Assembly (NCBI GenBank): GCA_964548195.1
Contig: CAZJQC010000013.1
Span: 1-47,416, forward strand
Direction: 5' to 3'
DNA length: 47,416 nt
Origin: an uncultured bacterium
Lineage (GTDB): Bacteria; Macinerneyibacteriota; Macinerneyibacteria; Macinerneyibacteriales; DSCS01
Shown here: positions 45,983 through 47,416 of the stretch, piece by piece
Layout of the letters: every line of letters starts with the position of its first letter
Position numbering within the stretch: the stretch's first letter is position 1
Notes under the pieces: model-generated
What the model was told of the DNA's origin: nothing
The model's database searches: none
Seen by the model: the letters and a program-made list of their open reading frames with translations, nothing else
Made by a program: the position numbers and the translations under genes

Positions 45983-46189
45983 TTGGCTGAGAAAAGAGAA
46001 TTCGCGATTAAACTTCGTTTGGAGTTTTGTAAAGCTTGCGGCCTTTGTTACAGTTACTGCCCTACCAAAGCATTGGGTCCCGACAAAGAACTGCGTGTGA
46101 CAGTCAAGGATGAAAGTAAATGTATCGGGTGTCTCCAGTGTGAGAACTATTGTCCCGATTTTGTCATTGAAATCGAAGAGAAGAAATGA
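45983..46189 (+). CDS. korD: 2[4Fe-4S] ferredoxin-like delta subunit of a 2-oxoacid:ferredoxin oxidoreductase
   Basis: CKACGLCYSYCP and CIGCLQCENYCP; TTG start after AAGGAGG. Confidence 0.9.
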   Translation: MAEKREFAIKLRLEFCKACGLCYSYCPTKALGPDKELRVTVKDESKCIGCLQCENYCPDFVIEIEEKK

Positions 46190-46198
46190 GGGATTAGG

Positions 46199-47317
46199 AT
46201 GGGCGAGATAAGATTTTTGCAGGGAAATGAAGCCTGCGCGCTGGGCGCCATGAAGGCCGGCCTGACTTTTTACGGAGGATATCCCATCACACCGTCTTCC
46301 GAGGTGGCTGAAAAATGTTCCAAGTATCTTCCCGCGCAGGGAGGCAGATTCATACAGATGGAAGATGAGATAGCTTCCATTGCATCTGTGATAGGGGCGT
46401 CGCTTGCGGGCGCGAAATCAATGACGGCCACATCCGGCCCGGGTTTTTCGCTGATGCAGGAAGCCCTTGGTTTCGGCATCATGGCCGAAGTGCCTTTTGT
46501 CGTGGTAAACGTCATGCGCGGCGGGCCGTCTACAGGACATCCCACGGGCCCGGCTCAGGGAGATATCATGCAGGCCAGATGGGGCACACACGGGGATCAT
46601 CCCATGATATCCATATACCCCGCATCGGTGCCGGAGACCTATTATGAGATCATCAGGGCCTTCAATCTTTCGGAAAAATACAGACAGCCCGTGGTATTCC
46701 TCATGGATGAGATACTGGGCAAGATGAACGAATCGGTGGAGATCCGGGATGACATAGAGATACTGGAAAGAAAAAAGGTCGACGCGCCCGTAGACGGGTA
46801 TCGCCCCTACAAGATGGAGGGCGGCGTCCCGGAAATGGCCAATTACGGCGAAGGTTACCGTTTTCACGTGACGGGGCTTTTCCATGATGAGACGGGTTTT
46901 CCTGACATGGACGGCGAAAACATACAGAAGAACATAGACAGGATGTACGGCAAGATCGAAGGAAACCTTGACGAGATACTCAGATGGGAAGAGACCGGTT
47001 CCGAGACTCCCGAGATCCTTTTCATAGCTTTCGGCACACAGGCCAGAAGCGTCAAGATGGCTGTTCGCGAACTCAACCGCGACGGCATTGCGGCAAAACT
47101 GCTTCGTCCGGTCACCGTGTGGCCGATGCCCGAGGAGAGGATCGCCGCATTGTCACAACAAGTGAAAAAAGTCGTGGTCGTGGAGATGAACAAGGGCCAG
47201 ATGGCCGATGAGATCAGAAAATACGTGGGCGCTGACAAGCTTGTCCCTCTTAACAGGCTGAACAGCGAGATGATATCTCCCACGGAGATCATAGATACCG
47301 TAAAGGGAGTGTTGTGA
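46199..47317 (+). CDS. korA: 2-oxoacid (probably 2-oxoglutarate):ferredoxin oxidoreductase alpha subunit
   Basis: GNEA.A.GA, GYPITPSSE, QMEDEIAS, TATSGPGFSLMQE, MRGGPSTG.PT..QGD..QARWG.HGD, EMN.GQ. Confidence 0.92.
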   Translation: MGEIRFLQGNEACALGAMKAGLTFYGGYPITPSSEVAEKCSKYLPAQGGRFIQMEDEIASIASVIGASLAGAKSMTATSGPGFSLMQEALGFGIMAEVPFVVVNVMRGGPSTGHPTGPAQGDIMQARWGTHGDHPMISIYPASVPETYYEIIRAFNLSEKYRQPVVFLMDEILGKMNESVEIRDDIEILERKKVDAPVDGYRPYKMEGGVPEMANYGEGYRFHVTGLFHDETGFPDMDGENIQKNIDRMYGKIEGNLDEILRWEETGSETPEILFIAFGTQARSVKMAVRELNRDGIAAKLLRPVTVWPMPEERIAALSQQVKKVVVVEMNKGQMADEIRKYVGADKLVPLNRLNSEMISPTEIIDTVKGVL

Positions 47318-47318
47318 T

Positions 47319-47416
47319 ATGTTTGATTATGCTAAATATCTCAGAATGGACAAACTTCCGCACATATGGTGCTACGGATGCGGAAACGGCATCATACTCA
47401 AGGGCGCCATAAGGGC
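47319..47416 (+). CDS. korB: 2-oxoacid:ferredoxin oxidoreductase beta subunit, 5' fragment
   Basis: MFDYAKYLRMDKLPHIWCYGCGNGIILKG.. (WCxGCG motif); truncated by the window end. Confidence 0.88.
   Translation, partial: MFDYAKYLRMDKLPHIWCYGCGNGIILKGAIR

Noticed and set aside
1..47416. CRISPR array, IS/transposase, prophage, anti-phage defence genes, alternative genetic code or selenoproteins
   Set aside because: No spaced direct repeats or mobile-element motifs were seen. All recognisable genes are intact under the standard bacterial code, with TGA used as a normal stop.

Overview
Gene-dense bacterial core-chromosome segment. I found no transposase, integrase, prophage, CRISPR array or rRNA. 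Left to right: (1) a minus-strand cluster of purN, an unknown exported protein, a class II aldolase and a tricorn-like protease, followed by HU; (2) a five-gene glycosyl-glycerate (compatible-solute) operon: an apparently metal-site-dead M20-peptidase-fold protein, GpgS, two GT4 glycosyltransferases and a HAD hydrolase; (3) tRNA-Leu(CAG), a PLP aminotransferase, uvrC and rex; (4) truA, a TM1266-type ACT-like regulator, a YugP-type Zn peptidase, a MutS-domain-V ATPase and a GNAT; (5) ctpA-tsaD; (6) a PAS hybrid kinase, YjjG-like HAD, pcp and an EamA transporter; (7) a heterodimeric ABC exporter preceded by a candidate ECF promoter and an 8-codon leader ORF; (8) pepF, a long-chain acyl-CoA ligase, ahcY, a small Zn-ribbon ORF and a PHP protein; (9) a four-gene mglB-mglA-mglB2-DUF4388/PATAN small-GTPase module; (10) rpsT, a lipoprotein, an S6:S18 leader, then rpsF-ssb-rpsR-rplI-dnaB running directly into two-subunit fumarase, sucCD and korDAB (korB truncated). 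Gene content suggests an anaerobic peptide/amino-acid fermenter (inference; lineage not assignable by eye). Best candidates for something undescribed are the Mgl module with two divergent MglB paralogues plus a DUF4388 protein, and the gpgS operon with two GT4s, an atypical HAD and a pseudo-peptidase. All calls come from motif recognition by eye; no database search was run.
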